IMG/VR virus record: IMGVR_UViG_3300032038_000061
Coordinates: 7,259 to 71,258 of that record
Reading direction: 5' to 3' (one strand)
Length of the DNA: 64,000 bases
Source of the DNA: a virus
Taxonomy: Duplodnaviria > Caudoviricetes
The translations under genes were made by a program, and so were the position numbers. The notes below the pieces were generated by a model that ran no database searches, was not told the origin of the DNA, and saw only the letters and a list, made by a program, of their open reading frames with translations. Shown here piece by piece: positions 10,662 to 20,265 of this stretch. Numbering within the stretch: position 1 is the first letter of the stretch; the number at the start of each line of letters is the position of its first letter.

Positions 10662-11180
10662 ATGAGTTTAACGAAACAACAAATGGACGCCATCTTTGAT
10701 GGTGCGGATGTAGCCCTTACAGCAACATCAGCAACTGCAAATGCAGTAAACAACGGAATCCAAGAGGTCAGAAGAGCCATGGATTCAAGAGGAAATGTGT
10801 CAAACTATCCTCAACAGAATTATCCGTACAACAACGGTTATCAGTATCAGCCACCTGTGACATATGGTTATGGTTATGCCGATCCAACCCCACAGCCTCA
10901 GCCAATGATGTACAACTACAACTACAATTATCAGCCTCAGTTGTATTCTCAGCCACAGGCATATGGTTATGGTGGATACCAACAGCAACAGCAGTATCCA
11001 AACACATATTACCCAACAATGTCACAGGGTAATGGTTATCAACAACCATTGGTTCCACAATCAACAATGGGTTATCAAGGATTTACCAACACAGGTTATG
11101 GTGTTGCTTCAACACCTCAAACAACCTATGGTTTCAATGGTAAACCAAATGGACCTGTTGGAAGTTCTTGGGGATATTAA
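10662..11180 (+). CDS. Q/Y/G/P/N-rich prion-like protein (172 aa)
   Basis: AAAGGAGG SD; after about residue 45 almost all Q,Y,G,P,N,T,S; DSRG and repeated GYG. Confidence 0.85.
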   Translation: MSLTKQQMDAIFDGADVALTATSATANAVNNGIQEVRRAMDSRGNVSNYPQQNYPYNNGYQYQPPVTYGYGYADPTPQPQPMMYNYNYNYQPQLYSQPQAYGYGGYQQQQQYPNTYYPTMSQGNGYQQPLVPQSTMGYQGFTNTGYGVASTPQTTYGFNGKPNGPVGSSWGY

Positions 11181-11196
11181 TAAAGGAGGATTAATA

Positions 11197-11544
11197 ATGA
11201 TATTTCAGACATTCTGTAACAGAACTGCTTCAAAGGAACGTATCGATGTATCCAGCATCAATCCTGTTCCAGACAGATACAAAAAGGCAGTTGATTCAAT
11301 AATCAACATAATGAAGGACAAAACTGAAATCTTCAATGTTATCGAGGTTCCGTTTGTTGAGGTTGCTTTCAATGACCAGGATTTTGAACAGATACTTGAA
11401 GACAAACTTACAGACGGAGAAATTCCTGATGAAATCATTTGCAAACTTTCAGCAGGAATTTACAACAAGGCAATCACACAGCTTACAGATTCAGAACAGG
11501 CAATAATAAAAGTTCTGTCAACATACATCTGTATACAAAATTAA
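11197..11544 (+). CDS. Hypothetical protein (115 aa)
   Basis: AAAGGAGG SD before ATG 11197; the track's extension to 10963 overlaps the previous gene. Confidence 0.8.
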   Translation: MIFQTFCNRTASKERIDVSSINPVPDRYKKAVDSIINIMKDKTEIFNVIEVPFVEVAFNDQDFEQILEDKLTDGEIPDEIICKLSAGIYNKAITQLTDSEQAIIKVLSTYICIQN

Positions 11545-11566
11545 AAAAATTCAGGAGGAATTCAAA

Positions 11567-12214
11567 ATGAACACAATCATCAACAAGGCAATGATTCAGC
11601 CTATCCCAACAGACCGTTACAGAATATCATCGACGGAAGTAATCAAATACCTTCAGGACCAGCTTGGTTTCGTGGTTGATTACGACTTCACAAGATGGAC
11701 CGGAATATCACCTGATAATTCCTACATCAGACTCAGAATCGTCATCGCTCATGATGACATCGTTGCGAGAAACACATCTCGTGATTATGTTGATAAGGTG
11801 CTTGAAGAGAATGCTGCAGGCATACGTTTCAAGGATAATGTAATCAACACTCTCAAACCTTTCATGTATCCTCTTAACATGCAGGATATCAGAAACAAAC
11901 CTGAACAGATGGCTAGATTTGAAGCTCTTGGTATTGTTGGTCCAAGACTTGATGAAATAATCAGGTATTCAAAACTCACATATCACAGAGAGACAAATTC
12001 ATTCGGGCTCTATCTCAGAGCTGAAAGAATAATAGCAGACATGCTCACAGACCCCAACACAGGAGTTATCAATGGAGACATGGAAATTCTTGGCGTGTTT
12101 GGTACAACCCCTGAGACATTCAGATGGGAAGTTGCTGTAACAAGAAATCGTTCTGGTGCTTCTGCAACAGGACATACTGGCATTTCACTTGACCAGATAT
12201 TTGCTACTATCTGA
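11567..12214 (+). CDS. Hypothetical protein (215 aa)
   Basis: AGGAGG SD; C-ending codon bias like other apparently highly expressed genes. Confidence 0.8.
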   Translation: MNTIINKAMIQPIPTDRYRISSTEVIKYLQDQLGFVVDYDFTRWTGISPDNSYIRLRIVIAHDDIVARNTSRDYVDKVLEENAAGIRFKDNVINTLKPFMYPLNMQDIRNKPEQMARFEALGIVGPRLDEIIRYSKLTYHRETNSFGLYLRAERIIADMLTDPNTGVINGDMEILGVFGTTPETFRWEVAVTRNRSGASATGHTGISLDQIFATI

Positions 12215-12227
12215 AAATGATTGAGAT

Positions 12228-12253
12228 ATTTCGGGGGATTTGTCCCCCGAAAT
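12228..12253 (+). terminator. Hairpin ATTTCGGGGGA-TTTG-TCCCCCGAAAT
   Basis: Inverted repeat after the 12214 stop. Confidence 0.7.
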
Positions 12254-12282
12254 TATCATCATTTTTTAAAGGAGATGATTAA

Positions 12283-13389
12283 ATGAAAATAGCAGATCTT
12301 AATATAATTGAAATCAGTGAGATGATAGATCATCTTGATGAATGTATAGATGGACACATTGAGAAAAATCCGATTGTTGTTGGTGGTATTGCGGGGAGTG
12401 GCATAGAGAAACTTGTATTGAATGCTGTTATAGACAAATACGATTTTTCAAAAGTATTGGTTGTTACAGGTTGTCAAGACTATATCGGAATGGTTAAAAA
12501 ACCTTTGGAGAATTTCATGTTCTATGGAGATTTATTTAATCTAGATATGATAGATCCAATTACTCCCTTCAATCCATTCGTTGCAAAAGTGTTTAATCCA
12601 AAACCAGAATATGTTAATACTGTGAATAAAACACTCTTAAGAAATTATGAGATGATAATAATCTTCAAAGCACATTTGATAGATTGTGAATATTTGAACA
12701 TGATAACTCGAGAATTCTATGGGCAAATCATTCATGTAATTGATCCATTTGATATAAACGGAGATGATTATTTACATGCTTTGATGACTTATGATATTCC
12801 TGTTGTTGTAGATTCGTTAGAGAAGATTCGACCGATAGTTGCAATGGCAAGGAATGTATGGGGTGTTGAAACAAGAAGTATTGAAAAGAAAGTTCGAGGT
12901 TCTGTTACAGAAACAAATCGAATCAACAATCGTTCAGTTGGTAAATTGGATGATAAACAATATGTGACAACAGATTTACAATTAGCTCAAATGGTAACAC
13001 AACGACAACTTGATTCTCCCTTCAGAAAAGGACAAAAGTTTTTGGTTGTCAATAATGGTAAAATAGAACCATTGACATACGACACCTCACATCATTATTC
13101 ATTGGCAAAAAATAGTATGTTAATAATGGAGGATGCTAAATCAACTCCATATATGAAACTCAGGATATATTCGTCGAAAATTATCTATGCTACGGATATA
13201 ACTTATTCAGATCCACCTGAAAGAGGCAAGCTTGGAGTATTTCCTGCGAATATAATGTCATTAAAACAATCTTCATATCACAGATATAATCATACTGTGT
13301 TAATATTAACAGAACCTTTAACCCAAAGACAGAAATATTCAATACTCAAGAATAGCATCAATGTTTCTGTCATAAATAAAATGAAATAA
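12283..13389 (+). CDS. Degenerate (probably ATPase-dead) Dda/RecD2-like SF1B helicase homolog
   Basis: GGIAGSGIEK at Walker A position (no catalytic Lys); MIIIFKAHLID at Walker B position (no DE); IDPFD resembles motif III; C-terminal KYSILKNS resembles the lYtaitRa motif. Confidence 0.55.
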   Translation: MKIADLNIIEISEMIDHLDECIDGHIEKNPIVVGGIAGSGIEKLVLNAVIDKYDFSKVLVVTGCQDYIGMVKKPLENFMFYGDLFNLDMIDPITPFNPFVAKVFNPKPEYVNTVNKTLLRNYEMIIIFKAHLIDCEYLNMITREFYGQIIHVIDPFDINGDDYLHALMTYDIPVVVDSLEKIRPIVAMARNVWGVETRSIEKKVRGSVTETNRINNRSVGKLDDKQYVTTDLQLAQMVTQRQLDSPFRKGQKFLVVNNGKIEPLTYDTSHHYSLAKNSMLIMEDAKSTPYMKLRIYSSKIIYATDITYSDPPERGKLGVFPANIMSLKQSSYHRYNHTVLILTEPLTQRQKYSILKNSINVSVINKMK

Positions 13390-13402
13390 GCGAGGTTTTG
13401 TT

Positions 13403-14083
13403 ATGTTTGGATTAAAGTTGATAAAACGTGACGAAGAAGATGCCAAAGAAGTACGTGTTTTCAAAAAAGCTGTGCATAATCTACATGATCATTGTACAGA
13501 TCTTATCAAATGGATAATAGATGGATTTAATGTTGATCCTGATTCAATTCTTCATTTGATATCAGATATGGAAGTAATGGGAACATTAATTGACATATAC
13601 TTCAATAACAAATTTTCGTCACCAACAAATTCAATGAGATTGTTTCAAACACATGATGAATGTCGTAAATATGTAAACGAAATCGTTGAGATTATTAATG
13701 GTATTATTACCGCGAATGAACTGGTTAGAACAGCTTATGAACATAGAGAAGATGGATCAATAGACATTGATCAAATTAACGATGAATATGAAAAACTTAT
13801 TGATTCTGCTAAAGATGATTTGAATCGTAGCGTTAACTTATTGATCGCTGAAATTAAACTGATCATTGCTGTTATTAGACCAGATTTAGTTCGTATTGAT
13901 ACAGGAGAAAATCTTATAGAGACTTATTATCGTAATAAAGCTTTGAAAGATAATAGCGATAAGATGCATACTATGTTTAAGGTTGAATATAAGGTACAAC
14001 CTGATGAATATAGAAGATATCTCAACAAAGAGAAAACCAAGGAGGAAAAGAAAAATGATCAACGAAGAAAAAATGGAAATTGA
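13403..14083 (+). CDS. Hypothetical alpha-helical protein (226 aa) overlapping the chaperonin start
   Basis: ORF track; GAGG SD. Confidence 0.75.
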   Translation: MFGLKLIKRDEEDAKEVRVFKKAVHNLHDHCTDLIKWIIDGFNVDPDSILHLISDMEVMGTLIDIYFNNKFSSPTNSMRLFQTHDECRKYVNEIVEIINGIITANELVRTAYEHREDGSIDIDQINDEYEKLIDSAKDDLNRSVNLLIAEIKLIIAVIRPDLVRIDTGENLIETYYRNKALKDNSDKMHTMFKVEYKVQPDEYRRYLNKEKTKEEKKNDQRRKNGN

Positions 14084-15803
14084 GATGGCATCAATGGGAT
14101 ATGGAAGAGTGTATGATTATACACAATACTCCCATGACAATCACGTCAATGTGATTCCTGAACAATCTTTCAGAAGACTTGTTCATGATACATTTAACGT
14201 GATAACAGAAACCCTCAGAGAAACTTATGGACCATATGGTTCAACTGTTATGATATCTGATCAGAATCAGACAATAACAACCAAAGATGGATACAATGTG
14301 TTTGAATCAATTGGTTTCAATCAAGTTTACAAACAGAAAGTTTATCTGGCAATACAACAGATAATCGAACGTGTCAACAGAAATGTTGGTGATGGAACAA
14401 CTTCTTGTATATTATTGGCAGAGAAGATTTTCAATAATGTCAATCAGTTGATGACAACACCAGAAGTGAAACGACAGATATTGAAAGAGCTGTCTGAAAT
14501 AGAGTCAGATTTACAGGATTCAAGTATACTTGAACTCCATAAAGAAACTAAGATTATCATGACAGATATAACGAAAACTGCGTTGATGAATCTCATACGT
14601 CTTGCAAGTAACTATGACGATGAACTTGTTAATGTATTATATGAAGCATTTTCTCCTGAATATGATAATGAGGGATTCATTGTATCAGTCCGTAATGTAG
14701 TTGCAGAAAGAGAAATCACAATGGATTCAAATTCCAATGTTCAATACAAAATCGATTATCTTCCCGGTGATTATCGAGTTCGTGTAAACATGGATGTTGA
14801 ATTCGGATTAGCTCTGTCACAACCTACAAAGATAAAGACAATAATATACGATCATGCATTCTCTTCATCAGATTGGATAAATTTCATGAAGAGTTATGAT
14901 GGTGAAAATGTTTTGATACTTGCGAGAACCTTCACAAAGAGTTTCATGGATAATGAATATGTGAGATTCTTGAAAGAGTATATGTTGAAGAAACTTCCTG
15001 TTCCACTTTATCTTGCTGAAATCAAAGGAGAATTTGTACAGAATGAGATTCATGACCTTGCAGCATTACTTGGAATCAAAGCACGTGACATGAATGATTT
15101 GGTTGTTAATTTTGATGAATTACCAATAACAACAGTTCAAGTATATAAAGGAAACTGCATGTGTTTCTATGATGTAACATCACCGACTGGATATGTTGAT
15201 AAACTTCGTAAGGAAATGAATAAAGATTTATCTGGATCATATATTACTCGTAAGGAATACCTCTCCAGAATTAAAGCTCTTTCATTGACTAATAAGGATA
15301 CACTTGTTACTGCAAAATGTGGTACTTCATTAGAATCCAAAATGATAATGGATAAGATAGATGATTGTACCGCTATTGTAAATTCTGCAATTGAAAATGG
15401 AATTGTTCCAAATATGTTAGTATATGCATATTTCAGAATGGAATGTATTCGAACTGCGGATGATTCATCAGAACTAATGAAATCAATCGTAACAGAAATC
15501 CAACATGCAATAACTGGATTATTCTCTGATTTATGGGATTCTAAATATGGTAAGGATTGTAAAGATGGAATGGATGATGAAATCGAAAGAATATATGATT
15601 TCAACACATATTTCAAATCATATGATTTGATTCATAACGAATTAACCAATGTTGAGGATCTTCCCACTTCTTCTGAATATGATCTTGAAGTTGTTGTTGC
15701 AGCTTTGTCAATCGTCAAATATTTATTGACCAGCAGAGCATTCATCTTTGATGCTCATCTATTACCACCAATCGGTGATGTTGGTCATTATGAACATTAT
15801 TGA
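14055..15803 (+). CDS. groEL: Phage GroEL-like (group I) chaperonin
   Basis: TYGPYGS, ITTKDG, VGDGTTS, DKIDDC..SAIENGIVP motifs; GGAGG at 14041 supports the start at 14055. Confidence 0.9.
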   Translation: MINEEKMEIEMASMGYGRVYDYTQYSHDNHVNVIPEQSFRRLVHDTFNVITETLRETYGPYGSTVMISDQNQTITTKDGYNVFESIGFNQVYKQKVYLAIQQIIERVNRNVGDGTTSCILLAEKIFNNVNQLMTTPEVKRQILKELSEIESDLQDSSILELHKETKIIMTDITKTALMNLIRLASNYDDELVNVLYEAFSPEYDNEGFIVSVRNVVAEREITMDSNSNVQYKIDYLPGDYRVRVNMDVEFGLALSQPTKIKTIIYDHAFSSSDWINFMKSYDGENVLILARTFTKSFMDNEYVRFLKEYMLKKLPVPLYLAEIKGEFVQNEIHDLAALLGIKARDMNDLVVNFDELPITTVQVYKGNCMCFYDVTSPTGYVDKLRKEMNKDLSGSYITRKEYLSRIKALSLTNKDTLVTAKCGTSLESKMIMDKIDDCTAIVNSAIENGIVPNMLVYAYFRMECIRTADDSSELMKSIVTEIQHAITGLFSDLWDSKYGKDCKDGMDDEIERIYDFNTYFKSYDLIHNELTNVEDLPTSSEYDLEVVVAALSIVKYLLTSRAFIFDAHLLPPIGDVGHYEHY

Positions 15804-15814
15804 TATTATCATTG

Positions 15815-15836
15815 GAGAGGGCCAATTGGCCCTCTC
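15815..15836 (+). terminator. Perfect palindrome GAGAGGGCCAATTGGCCCTCTC
   Basis: After the chaperonin stop. Confidence 0.65.
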
Positions 15837-15902
15837 TCACATAAACAATTTTCATCCAACAACAAATAAGTACGATTATAAAATTACGAAAGGTGATGGA
15901 CG

Positions 15903-17405
15903 ATGAAAACACTGAGAAACAATATCTATCAGGATATTGCAAGTATTTTATGTTCAAAAAACAATGAGTTGAAAACAACACAGAACGTTGTATTATTCTC
16001 ACGAACCATATCGACATATCCATCTAATAAATCAATATATTGTCTTGTCGCTAATAGGGTAATTTCATTCATTGAAAAGAATGTAATGAATATGAATCTT
16101 ATGATAGAGATTATGAAAGATGAAGGTGAGGATGAAGAAATCGTTCAGACTGTTGAATTCTTAATGAATAATCCTACAATAAAAACTCGTGCTGAATGTA
16201 CGAAATTGTGTTTGCTGTTGACGGATTATGTAAAATGGTCAAAACTCTTAAAAGTCAAAAACTCATTCATCAAAGCATTAGATGTCATTGATGAAGATGA
16301 AGATGACGTTACAAGCATGAGGGATAAGATTAATACCTTATACAAAATATCAACCGAAATAGTTACTGCATATAATACTGTCAACATTACAGAGATATCT
16401 CACACATTTGACTCAAATGATGTTGATGCAATGAAAACTGTTATTGCAGAAGCTAAAGATGCAAGAGCTCCTGATAAATGTATCATTACTGGTATTCGAG
16501 GTTTGAACAGCTTACTATCACCTGGATATCTTTCAGGATGTGTTTATGTATTTGCTGCATTACCTGGAAATTACAAATCAGGCATTTTGTTAAAATCACA
16601 TGTTGATACATGTAAATTTAATGAACACATCAAGAATACTACAAATGGGAAAACACCAATATCGATGTATATATCGATGGAGAATTCAATGGCACAAACA
16701 ATTCGCAGACTATGGAGCTTATTATTCCCTACTGCGGATTTATCCATGTTCAGTGTTGACGAAATAACCGAAATGATCAATAATGAATTGACTTCCAAAG
16801 GATTACGTTCAATTCTTCTGTATTATGGATATAGAGAAAAATCTACTAAGGATTTGGAAAATATCATTCGTTCATTTAATGATGAAGAAAATGAAGTTGT
16901 TGCAGTATATTTGGATTACATTAAACGAATCCGTCCCGGTCGTACTGATGCAGCGGTTACTTCTTCAGAAAAAGCAGAATTACATGCAATAATGAATGAA
17001 TTGAAATTGATATCAGTAGAATTCAATATTCCTGTTGTGACGGGTCATCAATTAAACAGAGAAGCCGCACGTCAAGTTGATGACATTGTCAAAAATGGAG
17101 GTTTCAATAAAACTGAACAAGCTCTTGGAAGAGCCAATATTTCCTCTGCATGGGAAGTTATGGAAGTTGCTGACTTTTTAGCATTAATGAATATTGAAAA
17201 TAATGGTGAAACAAAATCATTGATGATTAAAGCAGCTAAACAAAGAGATTTGGATAGTAAGACTGATAGTGCCATTACAGCAATACGTCACCCATTCTTA
17301 TCAACACAATCATTTGCGTTGAAAGATGATATAATGGAAAATGTATCTGTGTCAATACCGATATATTTTACGACACAACACACAAACTTCATGGCAAATA
17401 TATAA
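15903..17405 (+). CDS. dnaB: DnaB-like replicative helicase
   Basis: Walker A variant ALPGNYKS, YISMEN, VYLDYIKRI, PVVTGHQLNR, EVADF. Confidence 0.85.
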   Translation: MKTLRNNIYQDIASILCSKNNELKTTQNVVLFSRTISTYPSNKSIYCLVANRVISFIEKNVMNMNLMIEIMKDEGEDEEIVQTVEFLMNNPTIKTRAECTKLCLLLTDYVKWSKLLKVKNSFIKALDVIDEDEDDVTSMRDKINTLYKISTEIVTAYNTVNITEISHTFDSNDVDAMKTVIAEAKDARAPDKCIITGIRGLNSLLSPGYLSGCVYVFAALPGNYKSGILLKSHVDTCKFNEHIKNTTNGKTPISMYISMENSMAQTIRRLWSLLFPTADLSMFSVDEITEMINNELTSKGLRSILLYYGYREKSTKDLENIIRSFNDEENEVVAVYLDYIKRIRPGRTDAAVTSSEKAELHAIMNELKLISVEFNIPVVTGHQLNREAARQVDDIVKNGGFNKTEQALGRANISSAWEVMEVADFLALMNIENNGETKSLMIKAAKQRDLDSKTDSAITAIRHPFLSTQSFALKDDIMENVSVSIPIYFTTQHTNFMANI

Positions 17406-17419
17406 AAAATATATTTGAG

Positions 17420-17431
17420 ACATATATAATT
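17420..17431 (+). promoter_or_regulatory. Candidate phage promoter motif ACATATATAATT
   Basis: Identical 12-mer at 29304 and 50244, each upstream of a + strand operon and followed by a short hairpin. Confidence 0.5.
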
Positions 17432-17493
17432 AATATGAGAATGGTACAACTTTGTACTTTTCTAAATTTGATTGCTCAAAGGAGGAAAATAAT

Positions 17494-18132
17494 ATGAGCA
17501 GTGTTTTATTAACACAATATCAATCAAGGATACTTGGACCAACTGAACCGGTTGATTACTCGTCACTGGTTATGCAGTCCTATCCACCACAGGCTATTCA
17601 GCAGGAACCTTTCATAGGTTTCAAGGTACTCGTTACCGATATGATGGCTTACTCCGCAGGAAATCCTGGAGACAGAATGAGATATCTTGAAGCTAATTTA
17701 GGATTTCTCAGAGGTAAAGGTGTCATCATCAGAGAGACATCATTGACGAAACCCGATGGATACTGGATACTGACATTACCAGTACCAAGGTCTCAACTGA
17801 CAACGGCATTGAATAATCTTCTTGATGTTTTGGCAACAATCGAACAATACTTCAGTATTATCCGAGATGGGTTGTTTGAAGTAAACGTTTCAGGAAGATG
17901 TCATTATGCAGAAACCGAAAGAGTGTTGTCATCACTCACAATTCCTCAGAGATATATGCAACTTCTTGTATCACCTGACAATACACCGTACAAGATGGGA
18001 CATGTACAGCGTATCAATGACACCTTCATGGTACTTCGTACACGTTGGAACTTGAGGAATTCAATAACACCCGCGTCAATATTTGAAGACTTAACTGTCA
18101 TTGCACAGTTAACAGCTTCGATATATCACTAA
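17494..18132 (+). CDS. Hypothetical protein (212 aa)
   Basis: AAAGGAGG SD supports ATG 17494. Confidence 0.8.
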   Translation: MSSVLLTQYQSRILGPTEPVDYSSLVMQSYPPQAIQQEPFIGFKVLVTDMMAYSAGNPGDRMRYLEANLGFLRGKGVIIRETSLTKPDGYWILTLPVPRSQLTTALNNLLDVLATIEQYFSIIRDGLFEVNVSGRCHYAETERVLSSLTIPQRYMQLLVSPDNTPYKMGHVQRINDTFMVLRTRWNLRNSITPASIFEDLTVIAQLTASIYH

Positions 18133-18155
18133 TTAATTTTAAGGAGGACGATTAT

Positions 18156-18908
18156 ATGTATAATCCAGATTACCCAAACACAGAAAATGCTGGTTTCATC
18201 CAGCATACCTATCAGGCACAACAGCAGAACAATGACATGTTCTATGTAAATGGACAGGCTGTTTACAACCCATTTGCTCCAACAGGATATCAGAGTGATT
18301 CCAGAAGAGCAATCAACCCCGTAAATCCTTACGGGGTTTATCCTAATCCGAATCAGCCAATGAACGGATACAATCCACAGAATCAGGCAATACCTGAATC
18401 ACAGGTACAGCCGTTCTCATCATACCCGCCATCGACACCACTTGGAAATGTTCCTAATATGGGTGGATTAAATTCACTGGTGGACTCCAGAAGAAACTTC
18501 GACAATACACTTCCACAGAACAATCCCTGGATAACACAGAATCCCGCTCCAACATATACACAGCCTCAGAATAACTTTAACAACAATGGATATGGTGGAA
18601 ACTTTAACAACGGATATCCATCAACTTTTGGAAATGTTGAATCTAATACTCTTGCATTGTATTCTTCAGGAAGTATGGGTTACAATCGCAAGGTTGGTGC
18701 TTGGGATAATTGTTATGTTCAGAACAGAGCAATTCCAATGCCTGTAATTGATTGGAGACAACAGCAGCAGAATCAGCAGAATCAGCAGAATCAGCAGGTT
18801 TATTCATATCAACCGAATATGCAGCCTCAGTTCCCACCACAGTATCAGAATACTCAGGCTAACTGGGCTGAAATAGCTGTAAAGAATTGGAGTTCGAACA
18901 AACTCTGA
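18156..18908 (+). CDS. Q/N/P/Y-rich prion-like protein (250 aa)
   Basis: AAGGAGG SD; low complexity throughout; two DSRR motifs; QQN tandem repeat. Confidence 0.85.
   Translation: MYNPDYPNTENAGFIQHTYQAQQQNNDMFYVNGQAVYNPFAPTGYQSDSRRAINPVNPYGVYPNPNQPMNGYNPQNQAIPESQVQPFSSYPPSTPLGNVPNMGGLNSLVDSRRNFDNTLPQNNPWITQNPAPTYTQPQNNFNNNGYGGNFNNGYPSTFGNVESNTLALYSSGSMGYNRKVGAWDNCYVQNRAIPMPVIDWRQQQQNQQNQQNQQVYSYQPNMQPQFPPQYQNTQANWAEIAVKNWSSNKL
18765..18797 (+). repeat. 9-bp tandem repeat (CAGCAGAAT)x3 + CAGCAG, encoding QQN repeats
   Basis: Read directly from the sequence. Confidence 0.9.
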
Positions 18909-18924
18909 TAAACAAAAAAGGAAT

Positions 18925-19770
18925 GTGGTATTTATGGCAGAATTATTCGAGAAACAATTTAGATCTCGATTGAATTCATTACCTTTGGATTTCAAATGCG
19001 AACTCGGTGAAATACCTCTTCAAAAAGGTATGAGAGCAACATCTCGAAAGAATAAGGCAATCGAATTATTGAACAAATACTCGATTCCATTCATTGAATT
19101 AGGAACTGGAACAAACCGTTTCATTATAAGATATCAAGGTTATGCTCTCAAAATCGCTCTTGATAGAGAGGGAATAGCCGATAACAAACAGGAGTTTGCA
19201 ATATGTGAAGCGTTAATGCCAAATGTTGCATATGCCCATGAGATAAGCAGTGGAGGTCACCTTCTGGTGGCCTCTTATGCTCCTGCTTTTACATCTTACA
19301 ACGAAATGTGTTTTCATGCGACAGAAATAAAACGTATATTAGGTGAATGGAGTCAACGTTTTCTACTAGGTGATGTTGGTTTAACTCGAACTAACTATGC
19401 TAACTGGGGTTTATCACCCAATGGGAAACCGGTTTGCATTGATTATGCTTATATCTTTCCTGCGGGATTAGATTTGTTCAAATGTATATGTGGTAATAAG
19501 ACAATGACTTTTACTGATTATACATTCTCTACTTACAAATGTACTAAATGTGGTAAACATTATGAGGATAGAGAATTAAGAGCAAAAATATCTCAATCAG
19601 AAAGATTAAGATTGTTCAACAATGTTAAAGGTATCGAAATGCATAATGAATATGAAATGCATCCTGTCGATCCAAAATATATTAAACCAGAAACTAATCC
19701 AGATTATCCAGACCCATATACAACATCGATAAATGTTGCTGAACAACTCATGGGTATTGATTTCGGATGA
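18925..19770 (+). CDS. Protein-kinase-fold enzyme with a C-terminal Zn ribbon
   Basis: Gly loop ELGTGTNR, YALKIA (catalytic Lys), NKQEF (alphaC Glu), LGDVGLTRTNYAN (catalytic D...N), CIDYAY (DFG-like); CICG...CTKCG. Confidence 0.75.
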   Translation: MVFMAELFEKQFRSRLNSLPLDFKCELGEIPLQKGMRATSRKNKAIELLNKYSIPFIELGTGTNRFIIRYQGYALKIALDREGIADNKQEFAICEALMPNVAYAHEISSGGHLLVASYAPAFTSYNEMCFHATEIKRILGEWSQRFLLGDVGLTRTNYANWGLSPNGKPVCIDYAYIFPAGLDLFKCICGNKTMTFTDYTFSTYKCTKCGKHYEDRELRAKISQSERLRLFNNVKGIEMHNEYEMHPVDPKYIKPETNPDYPDPYTTSINVAEQLMGIDFG

Positions 19771-19803
19771 GTTTCTATTAAATAGATAAGGAGTTGATTC
19801 ACA

Positions 19804-20229
19804 ATGAAATATTGGAATCTTGTACGTTCATCAAAGAAAGAAACTATGACAACACAACAGACTTATTATCTTGACGATAATGACGTTGACTATGTCATGG
19901 ACAGATTGTTGACATTTCAAAACAAATACTTCTCGGAGATTCCTATTACGGATTCTCCGTATAAATCATTCATCTATAATATTCCTCGCGACATAATTGA
20001 CGCGAGTGATTATTATAGTAATCTCGGCACTCCTGATTGTTTAGACCCATTATTCTGGTTCTATATCTTGACAACTGGACCAGACCTCAAAGATTCAATG
20101 AGTAAATGGGTAACACTCGTAAGTGACTATATTAATGATACACTTACAGACCGTGATATCGATGACATCTCAGACATGTCTAATAGATATGACGGAACAT
20201 ATCTTGACAATAATGATGACGACGATTGA
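19804..20229 (+). CDS. Acidic hypothetical protein (141 aa)
   Basis: AAGGAG SD; Asp-rich C-terminus. Confidence 0.75.
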   Translation: MKYWNLVRSSKKETMTTQQTYYLDDNDVDYVMDRLLTFQNKYFSEIPITDSPYKSFIYNIPRDIIDASDYYSNLGTPDCLDPLFWFYILTTGPDLKDSMSKWVTLVSDYINDTLTDRDIDDISDMSNRYDGTYLDNNDDDD

Positions 20230-20245
20230 TGTAATTTAAATAATT

Positions 20246-20265
20246 GGACGGGGATATCCCCGTCC
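20246..20265 (+). terminator. Perfect palindrome GGACGGGGATATCCCCGTCC
   Basis: After the 20229 stop. Confidence 0.7.

Noticed and set aside
10963-11196. N-terminal extension of the 193-aa ORF given by the track
   Set aside because: It overlaps the prion-like gene in another frame; a strong SD places the real start at 11197.
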